64,000 nucleotides of DNA from an uncultured cyanobacterium (GTDB taxonomy: Bacteria > Cyanobacteriota > Cyanobacteriia > PCC-9006 > JAAUQQ01). Location of the stretch: the NCBI GenBank assembly GCA_963718615.1, contig OY970368.1, forward strand, positions 3,872,001 through 3,936,000, read 5' to 3'. Each line of letters opens with the position of its first letter. Within the stretch, counting starts at the first letter, position 1. Shown here in pieces: positions 26,286 through 35,994 of the stretch. The translations under genes and the position numbers were made by a program. Under the pieces are notes generated by a model, which did not search any database, had not been told where the DNA came from, and saw only the letters and a list, made by a program, of their open reading frames with translations.

Positions 26286-26466
26286 CACTGCCCCTTTCGC
26301 CGCCAAAAACAAGGGGTTCAGACCCCTCAAGGCTCATAACCCACAAGGGGATAGACCCAGCAGCAATCTCCAAGGGCTCTCACAAGTGCGGTAAGATTGG
26401 CTTGTCAACTGAATCCTGACTTCCGCTTAACGTTCTTAAACAGGTTGTGATAACGTTCTGATCACC

Positions 26467-27210
26467 ATGGGCGATCGCCTCCAAAAAGTGCTATCCCAAT
26501 GGGGAGTGTCCTCCCGCAGAGGCGCAGAAACCCTCATTCAAGCCGGGCGGGTCCAGCTCAATGGCGAAATTGCCCAAATCGGGCAATCTGCCGATCCTGA
26601 GCGCGATCGCATCGAAGTTGATGGGGTGCTGATTAACGCCCATCAACGCCCCCAGTTTCACTACCTGCTGCTGCACAAACCTCTGGGTGTAGTTTCAACC
26701 TGCGACGATCCCCAAGGACGTCGTACCGTGCTGCAACTGCTCCCCCCCGTCCTCCAGCGGGATCAAGGATTGCATCCTGTGGGTCGTCTGGATCTAGATT
26801 CAAGCGGGGCGCTCCTCCTCACCAACGACGGCGAGTTCACCTTCAAACTCACCCATCCTCGGCACCATATCGCCAAAACCTATCGGGTTTGGGTTCGAGG
26901 TCAACCGAGAGAAGCGGTACTCCAGCAATGGCGTCAGGGCATTCTGCTAGAGGGGAAGAAAACCCACCCCGCAACCGTTAAACGGTTACGGCAACGCGAC
27001 GAAAATACACTCCTTGAAGTGGTATTAAAAGAAGGTCGCAATCGACAAATTCGTAAAATGGCCCAGCAGTTGGGTTATCCGGTGCTGCAACTGCATCGCA
27101 TCGCCATCGGCTCGGTCAACCTCGGCAACCTCCCCCGAGGCCAATGCCGCTCCCTCGCCCCCGAGGAAGTCCGCGCGCTCAAGACAGATGAGTCGAAGAG
27201 CACAAGCTAA
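26467..27210 (+). CDS. rRNA pseudouridine synthase (RsuA/RluB family)
   Basis: S4 domain RLQKVL...SRR.AE, VGRLDLDSSG.LLLTNDG, EGRNRQIRKM. Confidence 0.92.
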   Translation: MGDRLQKVLSQWGVSSRRGAETLIQAGRVQLNGEIAQIGQSADPERDRIEVDGVLINAHQRPQFHYLLLHKPLGVVSTCDDPQGRRTVLQLLPPVLQRDQGLHPVGRLDLDSSGALLLTNDGEFTFKLTHPRHHIAKTYRVWVRGQPREAVLQQWRQGILLEGKKTHPATVKRLRQRDENTLLEVVLKEGRNRQIRKMAQQLGYPVLQLHRIAIGSVNLGNLPRGQCRSLAPEEVRALKTDESKSTS

Positions 27211-27354
27211 AAAGTTACTTGGGCCAGCCTCGTATAAATACTGAAATCCCTTCTAGAGAGTGTTCAGTATGATCCACGATGGCGCGCTTGAAATGGTAGT
27301 CTAAGCAAGCAAAAGTCGGTTACTTGATTGGCATATCTGGAAACTAGAAGGTTT

Positions 27355-28317
27355 ATGAAGAGAAGAGCGGGTACACCCCAATCCCTTCAATTAGCAGAGC
27401 TCCAGCAGCAACAGCTCAGGGAAGTTGGTGTTTACCTTCGTCAACACCGTGAGTCTCAGCAGCTTTCTTTGTCCGATGTCGCTCAGAGGACGCTTGTGCG
27501 TCAATCTATTTTGACCGACATTGAAGGGGGCAATCTTGAACGCCTGCCGGAGCCTGTCTATATTCAAGGTTTTATTCGTCGCTATGCGAGCGCCCTCGGG
27601 CTTGATAGCGAACAGGTCGCAGAGGCGTTTCCGACGCAAGTATTTCAAAAGGTCTCCCATTCCTTTTGGCGACAGTTACCCAATGCCCAGCTTCGGCCCG
27701 TCCATCTGTACGTTGCCTACTTACTCATGATTGCAGCTTCAGTCCACAGTTTGTCTTGGCTGATGAACCGTTCCATTGCGCGGGCGGCAGACGACACCCG
27801 TACGGAACAGGCGACGCAGCTCGAACAGGCGGTGGCTCAGGCATCAGCAGCAGCGGCGGGCATGGGGTCTTCCAAACTGGGTCCGATGCGTCAAGCGTTT
27901 CCCCTGGCGGCAGCTCCCGATCGGAGCTCACCCCAACAACTGGCGGAGCAATTGAGCAAGCAGGCGATCGCCGCAGCGCCCCAAAAAACAGCTCAGGAAA
28001 AAAAGTCGAATAAGCCCGTTCAAATCAAGCTGACCTTGACGTCCCAGTCTTGGTTGCGGGTCATGGTCGATGGCAAGACCGCCTATGAAGGCATGCTTTC
28101 GGAGGGGGACCAGCGAAGCTGGGAAGCCAATGAAGCCGTTGTCGTGCGGGCGGGAAATGCGGGCGGGGTGATGGTGGCTCTGAATAATCAGCCGCCTAAA
28201 CCCATGGGTGCGCCCGGTTCGGTGGAAGAAGTCACCTATGGTTCGAACAAAGTCGCCTTGGGTAAGTCCACGACTCGGGCCTCGATTCTGCAAGCCTCGA
28301 TTTGGAAGAGTTTCTAA
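27355..28317 (+). CDS. rodZ: RodZ-like HTH / DUF4115 membrane protein
   Basis: XRE HTH with LPEPVYIQGFIRRYA, single TM, C-terminal SWLRV.VDG...GNAGGV. Confidence 0.8.
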   Translation: MKRRAGTPQSLQLAELQQQQLREVGVYLRQHRESQQLSLSDVAQRTLVRQSILTDIEGGNLERLPEPVYIQGFIRRYASALGLDSEQVAEAFPTQVFQKVSHSFWRQLPNAQLRPVHLYVAYLLMIAASVHSLSWLMNRSIARAADDTRTEQATQLEQAVAQASAAAAGMGSSKLGPMRQAFPLAAAPDRSSPQQLAEQLSKQAIAAAPQKTAQEKKSNKPVQIKLTLTSQSWLRVMVDGKTAYEGMLSEGDQRSWEANEAVVVRAGNAGGVMVALNNQPPKPMGAPGSVEEVTYGSNKVALGKSTTRASILQASIWKSF

Positions 28318-28367
28318 GGCTGCCAACAGATCCATCGAAAACCTTAGAGACAATCCTCAACCTTACC

Positions 28368-28393
28368 CTGGGACATGGCAGTACATGTCCCAG
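28368..28393. terminator. Hairpin between convergent rodZ and malQ
   Basis: Perfect 10-bp inverted repeat CTGGGACATG / CATGTCCCAG with a 6-nt loop. Confidence 0.5.
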
Positions 28394-28427
28394 TATTTGT
28401 GTGGAACACATTTTTGTGCCGACGATT

Positions 28428-29933
28428 TTATCGGGGTACGCGCCCATAGAGTTCGGTGACGAGGCGGAAGCGATCGCTCACCTCCCGCTGTAACATCTCA
28501 GAACGATAGCGCCACTGCCAGTTGCCCTCAGCAACCCCCGGAAAATTCATCCGCGCCTCGCTCCCTAAGCCCAGCAAATCCTGGAGGGGAAAAATTGCCT
28601 GGTTAGCCGTGCTGCTAGAGGCTAAGCGAATCAAATCCCAATGGATCCCTTCTGAACTCATCTGACCGAGATAGTTGGCGACATGGGTCTTAGCTTCGTC
28701 GGAACGCTCATTGAACCAGCCGACGGTGGTGTTATTGTCGTGGGTGCCGCTGTAGACCATCCAGTTACGACCCTCGTAATTGAAAGGAAGATAGGGATTG
28801 TCAGGACCCGAATCAAAGGCAAAGAGCAAAATTTTCATGCCGGGGAAATCAAAGCGATCGCGCAGTTCTTCCACATCCGGCGTGATGATGCCCAAATCTT
28901 CCGCCACCACCGGCAAATCCCCTAAGTGAGCCCGGATCGTCTCAAACAACTCGTCCCCCGGAGCCTGGATCCATTCTCCGTTCATCGCCGTGGTTTCACC
29001 TTCAGGCACAGCCCAGTAGGCCCGCAACCCCCGAAAATGATCAATCCGAACAATGTCAACGTAATCCAGGAGGGTTTTAAACCGACGAATCCACCAATCA
29101 AATCCCGTTTTCTGAAGATAGTCCCAGTCATATACCGGATTGCCCCAAAGCTGTCCCGTGGCGCTAAAGTAGTCCGGCGGAACGCCCGCCATCAGCTCGG
29201 GATTTCCCGTTTCTGGATTGAGACGAAAGTTCTGGGGACAGGCCCAAACGTCGGCACTGTCGTGGGCAACATAGATGGGAATATCCCCAATGATCTGAAT
29301 GCCTCGCTCGTTGGCGTAGGACTTGAGTGCCGACCACTGCCGAAAGAAAACAAATTGCAGAAATTGGTGAAACTCAATTTGAAAATGCAGCTTGTCCCGC
29401 CAGTCGGCGATCGCCCCAGGGTCCCGTTGACGCAACTCCGGATCCCAGTCATTCCAACACTGATTACCGCGATTTTCGCGAATGGCCATAAACAGCGCAT
29501 AGTCATCGAGCCAATCGGCTCGTGTTTGGCAAAATTGCTCAAAATCCTGTCGATCAGAATCCGTCGCTTGGTCGCGAAACCGTTCAAAGGCCATTAGAAG
29601 CAGCGGCATTTTGGTCGCGAGGACGGCATCAAACTCTGTCCGATCCGCTGGAAAATCCGGTAAGCCCTGGCAGTCCTCTACATGAAGTAAATCCTGTTCG
29701 ATCAGCAGGTCGGGACTGATCAGCAGCGGATTCCCCGCCATGGCTGAATAGGCCAGATAAGGCGAATTTCCGTAACCAGGCGTACCCAGGGGCAAAATTT
29801 GCCAAAGACTCTGACGACTATCCGCTAAAAAATCAATAAACTCATAGGCAGCAGACCCAAGATCTCCGACCCCAAAGCGACTCGGGAAACAGGTGGGGTG
29901 CAATAAAACGCCACTGACACGGGGAAAGGACAT
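28428..29933 (-). CDS. malQ: 4-alpha-glucanotransferase (amylomaltase)
   Basis: SGVLLHPT, GDIPIYVAHDSADVW, GVPPDYFSATGQLWGNP, RIDHFRG, AEDLG, GTHDN. Confidence 0.96.
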   Translation of the reverse strand: MSFPRVSGVLLHPTCFPSRFGVGDLGSAAYEFIDFLADSRQSLWQILPLGTPGYGNSPYLAYSAMAGNPLLISPDLLIEQDLLHVEDCQGLPDFPADRTEFDAVLATKMPLLLMAFERFRDQATDSDRQDFEQFCQTRADWLDDYALFMAIRENRGNQCWNDWDPELRQRDPGAIADWRDKLHFQIEFHQFLQFVFFRQWSALKSYANERGIQIIGDIPIYVAHDSADVWACPQNFRLNPETGNPELMAGVPPDYFSATGQLWGNPVYDWDYLQKTGFDWWIRRFKTLLDYVDIVRIDHFRGLRAYWAVPEGETTAMNGEWIQAPGDELFETIRAHLGDLPVVAEDLGIITPDVEELRDRFDFPGMKILLFAFDSGPDNPYLPFNYEGRNWMVYSGTHDNNTTVGWFNERSDEAKTHVANYLGQMSSEGIHWDLIRLASSSTANQAIFPLQDLLGLGSEARMNFPGVAEGNWQWRYRSEMLQREVSDRFRLVTELYGRVPR

Positions 29934-30053
29934 AATCAAACTTTGACAAACGGAGTCTGGCTGATAGCGTAGTCTAGCTATCCTCGCAAATCATACTGCC
30001 CTAGGTTGAAGTCAGCGCGTTTGCCCCATAAATCTTTCTTTGTAAACCCTGTC

Positions 30054-30504
30054 ATGACTTACCGTAATCCTGTTCCCACCGTCGATATCATCATCGAACT
30101 GATTGATCAACCCCAACGCCCGATTATTTTGATCGAGCGATTGCACGAGCCCCTAGGCTGGGCAATTCCCGGCGGCTTTATAGATTATGGCGAAACAGTC
30201 GAGACTCGCAGCCTTGCGGGAGGCCAAGGAAGAGATTGGTCTGGACATCCAGCTCACTGAGCAGTTTCAGGTCTATTCAGACCCGGCAAGGGATGCACGT
30301 CAGCACACGATTAGCATTGTTTTTTTGGCGATCGCCCAAGGCCAACCCCAAGCTGGAGACGATGCCAAGAACTTTGCCCTCTTCACCCTCGATCAATTGC
30401 CTGCCAATCTCTGCTTTGATCACGATCGCATTCTGAGCGATTACCGTCGCTATCGAGAAACGGGTGAACGACCTCAGCATCAAGGTTATCGGCATCAAGG
30501 TTAG
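30054..30504 (+). pseudogene. Nudix hydrolase split by a +1 frameshift
   Basis: The Nudix box [24 protein letters not shown] is split over two frames; deleting one C near 30207 restores it. Confidence 0.75.
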
Positions 30505-30540
30505 TTTTGTCGGCGGAAGGCCAGCCTTTTTGATTAGCTG

Positions 30541-31119
30541 CTACGCCAACAAATCAGCTACAGACGAGCTAAATCCTAACAGAACTTTCTGGGTACAAAG
30601 GGTTTGCTCTGGATTAAACACCATCCAGGCCCCATCAGTTTTTACCAAAATAAATTGAGACTCTGGAAAAACAATCCACACCTCTTCACAACCCGAAGCA
30701 AGATATTCGTCGGCTTTGGCAAATAGCATTTCAGCGCTATCGTCGGGGGAAGCTATCTCTGCAATTAATGGAAAGCTTTGGGGCAACGTTGCAACAGATC
30801 CAAATTGCTGAACCAATTCAGGGGTAAGGTAGGCAACATCTGGACGACGACCTTGCGTCTGGGTTCGGCAGGGAGCTTCGGTATAGGCATTACCGCCTTG
30901 GCCACTGTCGGTAATGTATCGATTCCAAGCGGTGACAATGTTGCCCTGAACTTTGCTGTGTCGAAGTGTCATACCGTTTTTTTCGATCAGTTCCCCATTC
31001 ACCCATTCCATCCCTTCAGGCGGGTTTTCCAGAAAGTCCTTTAGAGACAAGGATTGAGATTGTTCGTGCTGTAGGTTCTGAGGTGGATTTGGAGAAGGTC
31101 GAATAGGGGTGGTGACCAT
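30541..31119 (-). CDS. Uma2/DUF820 family endonuclease
   Basis: EWVNGEL, RRPDVAY, LIAEIASP, EYLASGCEEVW. Confidence 0.88.
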   Translation of the reverse strand: MVTTPIRPSPNPPQNLQHEQSQSLSLKDFLENPPEGMEWVNGELIEKNGMTLRHSKVQGNIVTAWNRYITDSGQGGNAYTEAPCRTQTQGRRPDVAYLTPELVQQFGSVATLPQSFPLIAEIASPDDSAEMLFAKADEYLASGCEEVWIVFPESQFILVKTDGAWMVFNPEQTLCTQKVLLGFSSSVADLLA

Positions 31120-31181
31120 GGTACGTATGCGGTGGGTTGAATTGTGAAGGAGGGAGGAGCGATTGCCTTTTCTATTTAATC

Positions 31182-33887
31182 CTAAATCATATTCTTTTCC
31201 CCGAAGAAACCCAATTGTTCTATTCCATCCTCCTGAACTCTACTACTTTTTGGCTTACCAGAATGCCCTTCATCCTTGCGTAGGCCCACCGCAATTTTGC
31301 TGTGCTTTTCAATGCGCGCCATCACCTGTCGCGCCCGCTGAATCACAGACTTGGGTAAACCCGCTAAGCGAGCCGCTTCGATACCGTAGGATTTATCCGC
31401 GCCCCCCGGTTGAACCTGGTGCAAAAAGATGATTTGGTCATCCAGCTCTTTGACCACCACTTGAAAATTAGCCACATTGGGCAGGATGGAGGCGATTTCA
31501 TTCATCTCGTGATAGTGGGTGGCGAAGATCGTGCGCGATCGCAATTCCGTCGCAATGTATTCTGCCACGGACCAAGCAATCGATAATCCATCAAACGTCG
31601 CCGTACCCCGCCCAATTTCGTCGAGTAACACCAGGGAACGCGCCGTAGCGTGGTTGAGAATATTGGCAGTTTCATTCATTTCCACCATAAACGTGGATTG
31701 GCCCGTGGCCAGATCATCGACCGCACCGACGCGGGTGAAAATGCGATCGCAAATCCCCAACCGAGCCGACTTCGCCGGGACAAAGCTTCCCACTTGAGCC
31801 ATCAACTGAATCAACCCCGTTTGACGCAGATAACAGCTTTTGCCGCTAGCATTTGGCCCCGTCAACACAATCAAATCCGGGGCGTTCTCATCCCGTTCGT
31901 CTCGGTCCAAGGCATATCCCAAGCGAGTCGAATTGGGTACAAAGAATCCGGTGGGCATGGATTTTTCAACCACGGGGTGGCGGCCATCGATAATCGCGAT
32001 CGCCCGATTTTCAGTCATTTCAGGACGGCAATACCCTTGGTAAACCGCAACCTCCGCCAGGGCTGCCAACACATCCGCCGCCGCCACCGCTTGCGCCACG
32101 CCACGAATCAGTTCGCTACGCAATCCTACCTCTTCCCGTAACCCCACAAAAATATCGTATTCAATTTGATTGAGCGTATCTTGGGCATTGAGAATGCGGT
32201 TTTCCCGGTCCTTCAAATCCGGCGTAATATAACGCTCTTCATTCGTTAACGTTTGCTTACGAATGTAGTCCTCGGGAATCTGAACCTGGATACTTTTGGC
32301 TCGGGTGATGCTGATGTAATAGCCAAAGGTTTTGTTATAGCCGACCTTGAGCGAAGAGACACCCGTTCGTTCTCGTTCCGTGGTTTCGAGATTGGCGATC
32401 CATTGGCGATCGCCCTCCACCTGCGCCCGAAAGTCATCTAAATTAGTATTAATCCCCGGTCGAATCAGTCCTCCTTCCGTCAACAAAAGCGGTGGCGAAT
32501 CCACCAGATGCTGATGCAATTTCTGACCGAGCTGCTCCAAAACAGATGGCACCTGCTGGAGATGCTTGAGATAGGGCGAGGTGCATTGACTCACCAACTG
32601 GGCCAGCTCCGGTAAGCGGGCGAGGGAATCGGCCAAGGCTACTAAATCCCTCGCATTGGCCGTGCCCGAGCCCGCTCGTCCCGTGAGTCGCTCTAAATCG
32701 TAAATCTCCCGCAGGAGGCTCCGCAGAGCCTGTCGCAAACTGCCCTTGCTCACCAATTCTTGAATGGTTTCCTGACGCGCCAGAATGCCCCGACGATCGA
32801 GCAGGGGCTGAAGCAACCACCGCCGCAGCGCCCGTCCGCCCATGGTGGTCATGGTTTGGTCTAGTGCCCACAGGAGCGAACCAAAGAACGTCCCATCCCG
32901 CACGGTTTGGGTAATTTCAAGATTGCGGCGGGTTTGATGATCAAGGATGAGAAACTCCGTCAGTTGATAGGTATGCAGCGGTTGTAGCTGCACCGTTATT
33001 TCTCGCTGGGTATCTTCTAGGTAGTCGAGCAAGCCCCCCGCCGCCCGCACGGCTAAGGGCAGATGGTCGCAGCCTAAACCTTCCAGGGAGCGGAGTTTGA
33101 AGCGATTGAGTAGACGCGATCGCGCCTCCGCCAACAAAAACCGCGACTGGGGCCGAAAGGTATAGCAAAACTGCGTGGGTAAACAATCGGGAAGATCCGC
33201 TCGCCCTGCAATTTGCTTTTCACCGGGGCGCAACAATCCCACCAGATCCGGCGCATCAATGGGAAACAACACTTCGGAAGGTTGTAGCCGCAAGAGTTCC
33301 TGGGAAAGCTGTTCTAAATCCGAGGCTTGGACCGTCAAAAACTCTCCCGTAGAAATATCGGCGTAGGCTAACCCCCAATGTTTTTTTTCAACCACAACCG
33401 CCGCTAAAAAATTATTGCGTCGGGCATTGAGCATGCCGTCTTCTAGCACCGTTCCCGGCGTGATCACCCGCGTAATCTCTCGCCGCACGAGGCCCTGAGC
33501 CTGGGAGGCCTCTTCCACCTGGTCACAAATTGCCACGGCATAGCCCTTTTCCACGAGCTGAGCGGCATAGCGATCGAGGGCATGGTAAGGAATCCCGGAC
33601 ATGGGCACCTTGCCCACCGCTTTGCCTGCGGCCTTGGCGGTCAGGACCAGCTCTAGCTCCCGCGAAATGGTAATTGCGTCTTCAAAGAAGCACTCATAAA
33701 AATCTCCCATGCGATACAGCAGCAACGCACTGGGGTTCTGTGCCTTGGTCTCGACATAGTGGCGCATACTGGGGGTGAGCAAATCCCAGTCCACGGCACG
33801 AGAGTTGTCGTATTTGACCTCGTGCTTTACCCGATAATCGGGCAGATCAGGCGGCTGGGGCAGATTGTCAGCGGGCACTTGGGTCAT
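31182..33887 (-). CDS. mutS: DNA mismatch repair protein MutS
   Basis: [54 protein letters not shown]. Confidence 0.97.
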   Translation of the reverse strand: MTQVPADNLPQPPDLPDYRVKHEVKYDNSRAVDWDLLTPSMRHYVETKAQNPSALLLYRMGDFYECFFEDAITISRELELVLTAKAAGKAVGKVPMSGIPYHALDRYAAQLVEKGYAVAICDQVEEASQAQGLVRREITRVITPGTVLEDGMLNARRNNFLAAVVVEKKHWGLAYADISTGEFLTVQASDLEQLSQELLRLQPSEVLFPIDAPDLVGLLRPGEKQIAGRADLPDCLPTQFCYTFRPQSRFLLAEARSRLLNRFKLRSLEGLGCDHLPLAVRAAGGLLDYLEDTQREITVQLQPLHTYQLTEFLILDHQTRRNLEITQTVRDGTFFGSLLWALDQTMTTMGGRALRRWLLQPLLDRRGILARQETIQELVSKGSLRQALRSLLREIYDLERLTGRAGSGTANARDLVALADSLARLPELAQLVSQCTSPYLKHLQQVPSVLEQLGQKLHQHLVDSPPLLLTEGGLIRPGINTNLDDFRAQVEGDRQWIANLETTERERTGVSSLKVGYNKTFGYYISITRAKSIQVQIPEDYIRKQTLTNEERYITPDLKDRENRILNAQDTLNQIEYDIFVGLREEVGLRSELIRGVAQAVAAADVLAALAEVAVYQGYCRPEMTENRAIAIIDGRHPVVEKSMPTGFFVPNSTRLGYALDRDERDENAPDLIVLTGPNASGKSCYLRQTGLIQLMAQVGSFVPAKSARLGICDRIFTRVGAVDDLATGQSTFMVEMNETANILNHATARSLVLLDEIGRGTATFDGLSIAWSVAEYIATELRSRTIFATHYHEMNEIASILPNVANFQVVVKELDDQIIFLHQVQPGGADKSYGIEAARLAGLPKSVIQRARQVMARIEKHSKIAVGLRKDEGHSGKPKSSRVQEDGIEQLGFFGEKNMI

Positions 33888-34099
33888 GGGACAGGCAGGA
33901 GGGCATTAGATCTATTCTAAACAGCGGCTTGGGGAGTTCCAACCGTGGGTGGGGCGATCGCAAGGTATTGAAACCTGCGCTGGCGCACCCCCCCTGAAAA
34001 ACATCACGCTTTATGTCTTTCATGGTGCGGTTTGTGATTTTCCTTGGATTTCGGGATTACTGAAATCATGAGCGTTACTCTCTATAATGCCTGGGCTTT

Positions 34100-34681
34100 A
34101 TGAAATACCCTCTGCAACTGAAATTCAAGTGGTCTCTCTCGACCCAGATCGAAGTAACGGATGAGACGGGAAAACTCGTCTTTTTTGTACGCCAGAAAAT
34201 GTTTAAGCTGAAGGAAGCGATCGGCGTTTTTGCCGATGAAAAACGAACCCAGCTTAGATACGAAATTAAAGCCGATCGCATTATTGATTTTTCTGCTCGT
34301 TATAATTTCTCAGATGCCAACGGTCGCGTCATTGGCGCAGTCAAACGCCGGGGATTGCGCTCCATTTGGCGGGCACATTATGACATTTTCCAGGGCGATG
34401 CCGTAGCCTTTACGATTACGGAAAAGGATCCTTGGGTAAAGGTTGTTGATTCTCTTTTTGCTCAAATTCCCATTGCGGGCTTATTTACTGGTTTTGTCTT
34501 CAATCCCACCTACTTGGTCAGTCGCCCCGATGGCAAAGTGGTCATGCGTTTGGAAAAGAAGCCTGCTTTCTTTTCTCGCATTTTTCTGGTCAAGCAGGTC
34601 GACGAGTTGGTCAATCAGGAAGAAGCACAGGTACTTTTGAGTTTGATGATGATGCTGTTGATGGAGAGAAGTCGCGGTTAG
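34100..34681 (+). CDS. LURP-one/scramblase (tubby C-terminal-like) family protein
   Basis: VRQKMFKLKEAI, IKADRIIDFSARY, GAVKRRGLRSIWRAHY beta-rich pattern. Confidence 0.7.
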   Translation: MKYPLQLKFKWSLSTQIEVTDETGKLVFFVRQKMFKLKEAIGVFADEKRTQLRYEIKADRIIDFSARYNFSDANGRVIGAVKRRGLRSIWRAHYDIFQGDAVAFTITEKDPWVKVVDSLFAQIPIAGLFTGFVFNPTYLVSRPDGKVVMRLEKKPAFFSRIFLVKQVDELVNQEEAQVLLSLMMMLLMERSRG

Positions 34682-35010
34682 CGGCGCTGACCGGCTAAAG
34701 GGTGATGGGTGCTGAAAGCTTTATAAACTCAAGGCACTCAACACCGTAAATTCGTTGATCACGCCTTCAGAAGACAGTGCTCGCCTTCCACGAACCTGAA
34801 GTTCGCCAATTGACTGACTTCGGTACTGGTCAATCAAATCCAGATGGGGCGATCGCCCACCCTTCTGCCAATTCACCTACTCATCAAATGGTCTAACGCG
34901 AGAACCAGAAAATTGTCAGCGTTTTCTTCAGAGTTTAGAGCGCTGAGGCGTTGGTGAAGATTTTGTAATTTTCTACGCTGGGTCGAAGAGAATAATATTA
35001 TACTGAGACA

Positions 35011-35213
35011 TGCCTGATAATACCTGAACAGGGGTGTTATCGGGCGTCGCTGCTGGGATAATACCTGGAAACGGGTTGTTATCATGCAGCTTTGCCTGAT
35101 AATACCCAACAGGGGGTGTTATTCAGCATGATTGCCTGGATAACTTGCTGTGACTAGGGATTATACGGCGTTGGCGCTTGAAAATACCGGAAGGAGGGAG
35201 TTATCAGGCATCG
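35011..35213. repeat. Five tandem ~41-bp palindromic units (TGCCTGATAA-N16/17-TTATCRGGCR)
   Basis: Units start at 35011, 35051, 35093, 35133 and 35175; arms are imperfect reverse complements. Confidence 0.85.
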
Positions 35214-35236
35214 TGCATGAGAATAAGTTGTTAGCT
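35214..35236 (+). other. Putative attI-like primary recombination site (crossover G35230/T35231)
   Basis: TGCATGAGAATAAGTTG|TTAGCT; GTTAGCTT matches the reverse complement of the downstream attC R'' AGGCTAAC at 7 of 8 positions. Confidence 0.6.
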
Positions 35237-35364
35237 TGATAGCCATTTGTAGGAATGCTTCTGCTAGCTTTCTTGCAAATGTTGAAGTAGTTTTAGATGA
35301 ATAGTTAGAGCAATTAGGCTAAAATCAGGCTGTTTAATCAATTTTTGTATTGGCGGTGTAATGT

Positions 35365-35733
35365 ATGTCAGAACAGAAGCCTTGGCTTTCTATGCTGTCC
35401 TTATTAGGATTTCAGGTGAATGCAGCTATCGAAAAAGGGCATGGAAATAAAATTTCATTCCATGACATTTACAAGGGCTTAGAAGAAAGAAATTTGTTTG
35501 AACTGTTAGACGAAAAGCTTCCTGGAGTTTTAGATCTCAGTCTTTTCCTTGAACGTAACGAGGGAGCTTCCCTTGAGCAGCGAGATGGACTTCTAAATGC
35601 TTTAAGCGATGCTGCGTCAGGTATGGAGGGAAGAGAAAGAAGAAAATATGGTATTGAGAGTTCAGGTTTGTCTTTACTGATGGCTTATATTTTAGAGGCG
35701 ATCCAGCAAGAATATTGGGTAAGTGCTAGATAG
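35365..35733 (+). CDS. Hypothetical protein (gene cassette 1)
   Basis: 122-aa AT-rich ORF between the attI-like site and attC1. Confidence 0.75.
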   Translation: MSEQKPWLSMLSLLGFQVNAAIEKGHGNKISFHDIYKGLEERNLFELLDEKLPGVLDLSLFLERNEGASLEQRDGLLNALSDAASGMEGRERRKYGIESSGLSLLMAYILEAIQQEYWVSAR

Positions 35734-35818
35734 TTACTGCGTGTAATTTGACACACCTTGGAGATAATTGAAGGCAACGTAGGTATGCAATTGAAAGAGA
35801 AGATCGTTACAAAGCACA

Positions 35819-35906
35819 GGCTAACAAACCCAATGCACACCGACCGCCGAGAGATTATCGGTTAGAGTTCAAAGTTATTTGTGGCGGGTGATTGGGAACG
35901 TTATGC
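35819..35906 (+). mobile_element. Integron attC site (attC1)
   Basis: R'' GGCTAAC, 5 nt, L'' CAAT[G]CAC ... L' GTGATTG, 5 nt, R' GTTATGC; extra-helical G at 35835; inner stem CCGCC/GGCGG. Confidence 0.85.
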
Positions 35907-35994
35907 CGCAAGTCCTTGGTGGGGGCAGTTCTTAAGGCTTATCTTCTAGTAGCCAGAGCTAAAATACTGAAAAGTTATTGATTTAGGGACAAGA

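Noticed and set aside
26426-26456. Pho-box-like TTAAC repeats after sphS
   Set aside because: Spacing is 10 and 13 bp rather than the 11-bp period; poor match
34891-34956. Possible additional attC (GTCTAAC ... hairpin ... GTTGGTG)
   Set aside because: R''-to-stem spacing (~18 nt) and stem-to-R' spacing do not fit attC geometry; no cassette ORF precedes it
34682-35109. Integrase remnant or the 78-aa minus-strand ORF upstream of the array
   Set aside because: No IntI or tyrosine-recombinase motifs recognised in the frames I read; the ORF overlaps the repeat array and looks spurious
35011-35213. CRISPR array interpretation of the 41-bp units
   Set aside because: Repeat arms are degenerate, the variable parts are only 16-17 nt and resemble each other, and no cas genes are in the window
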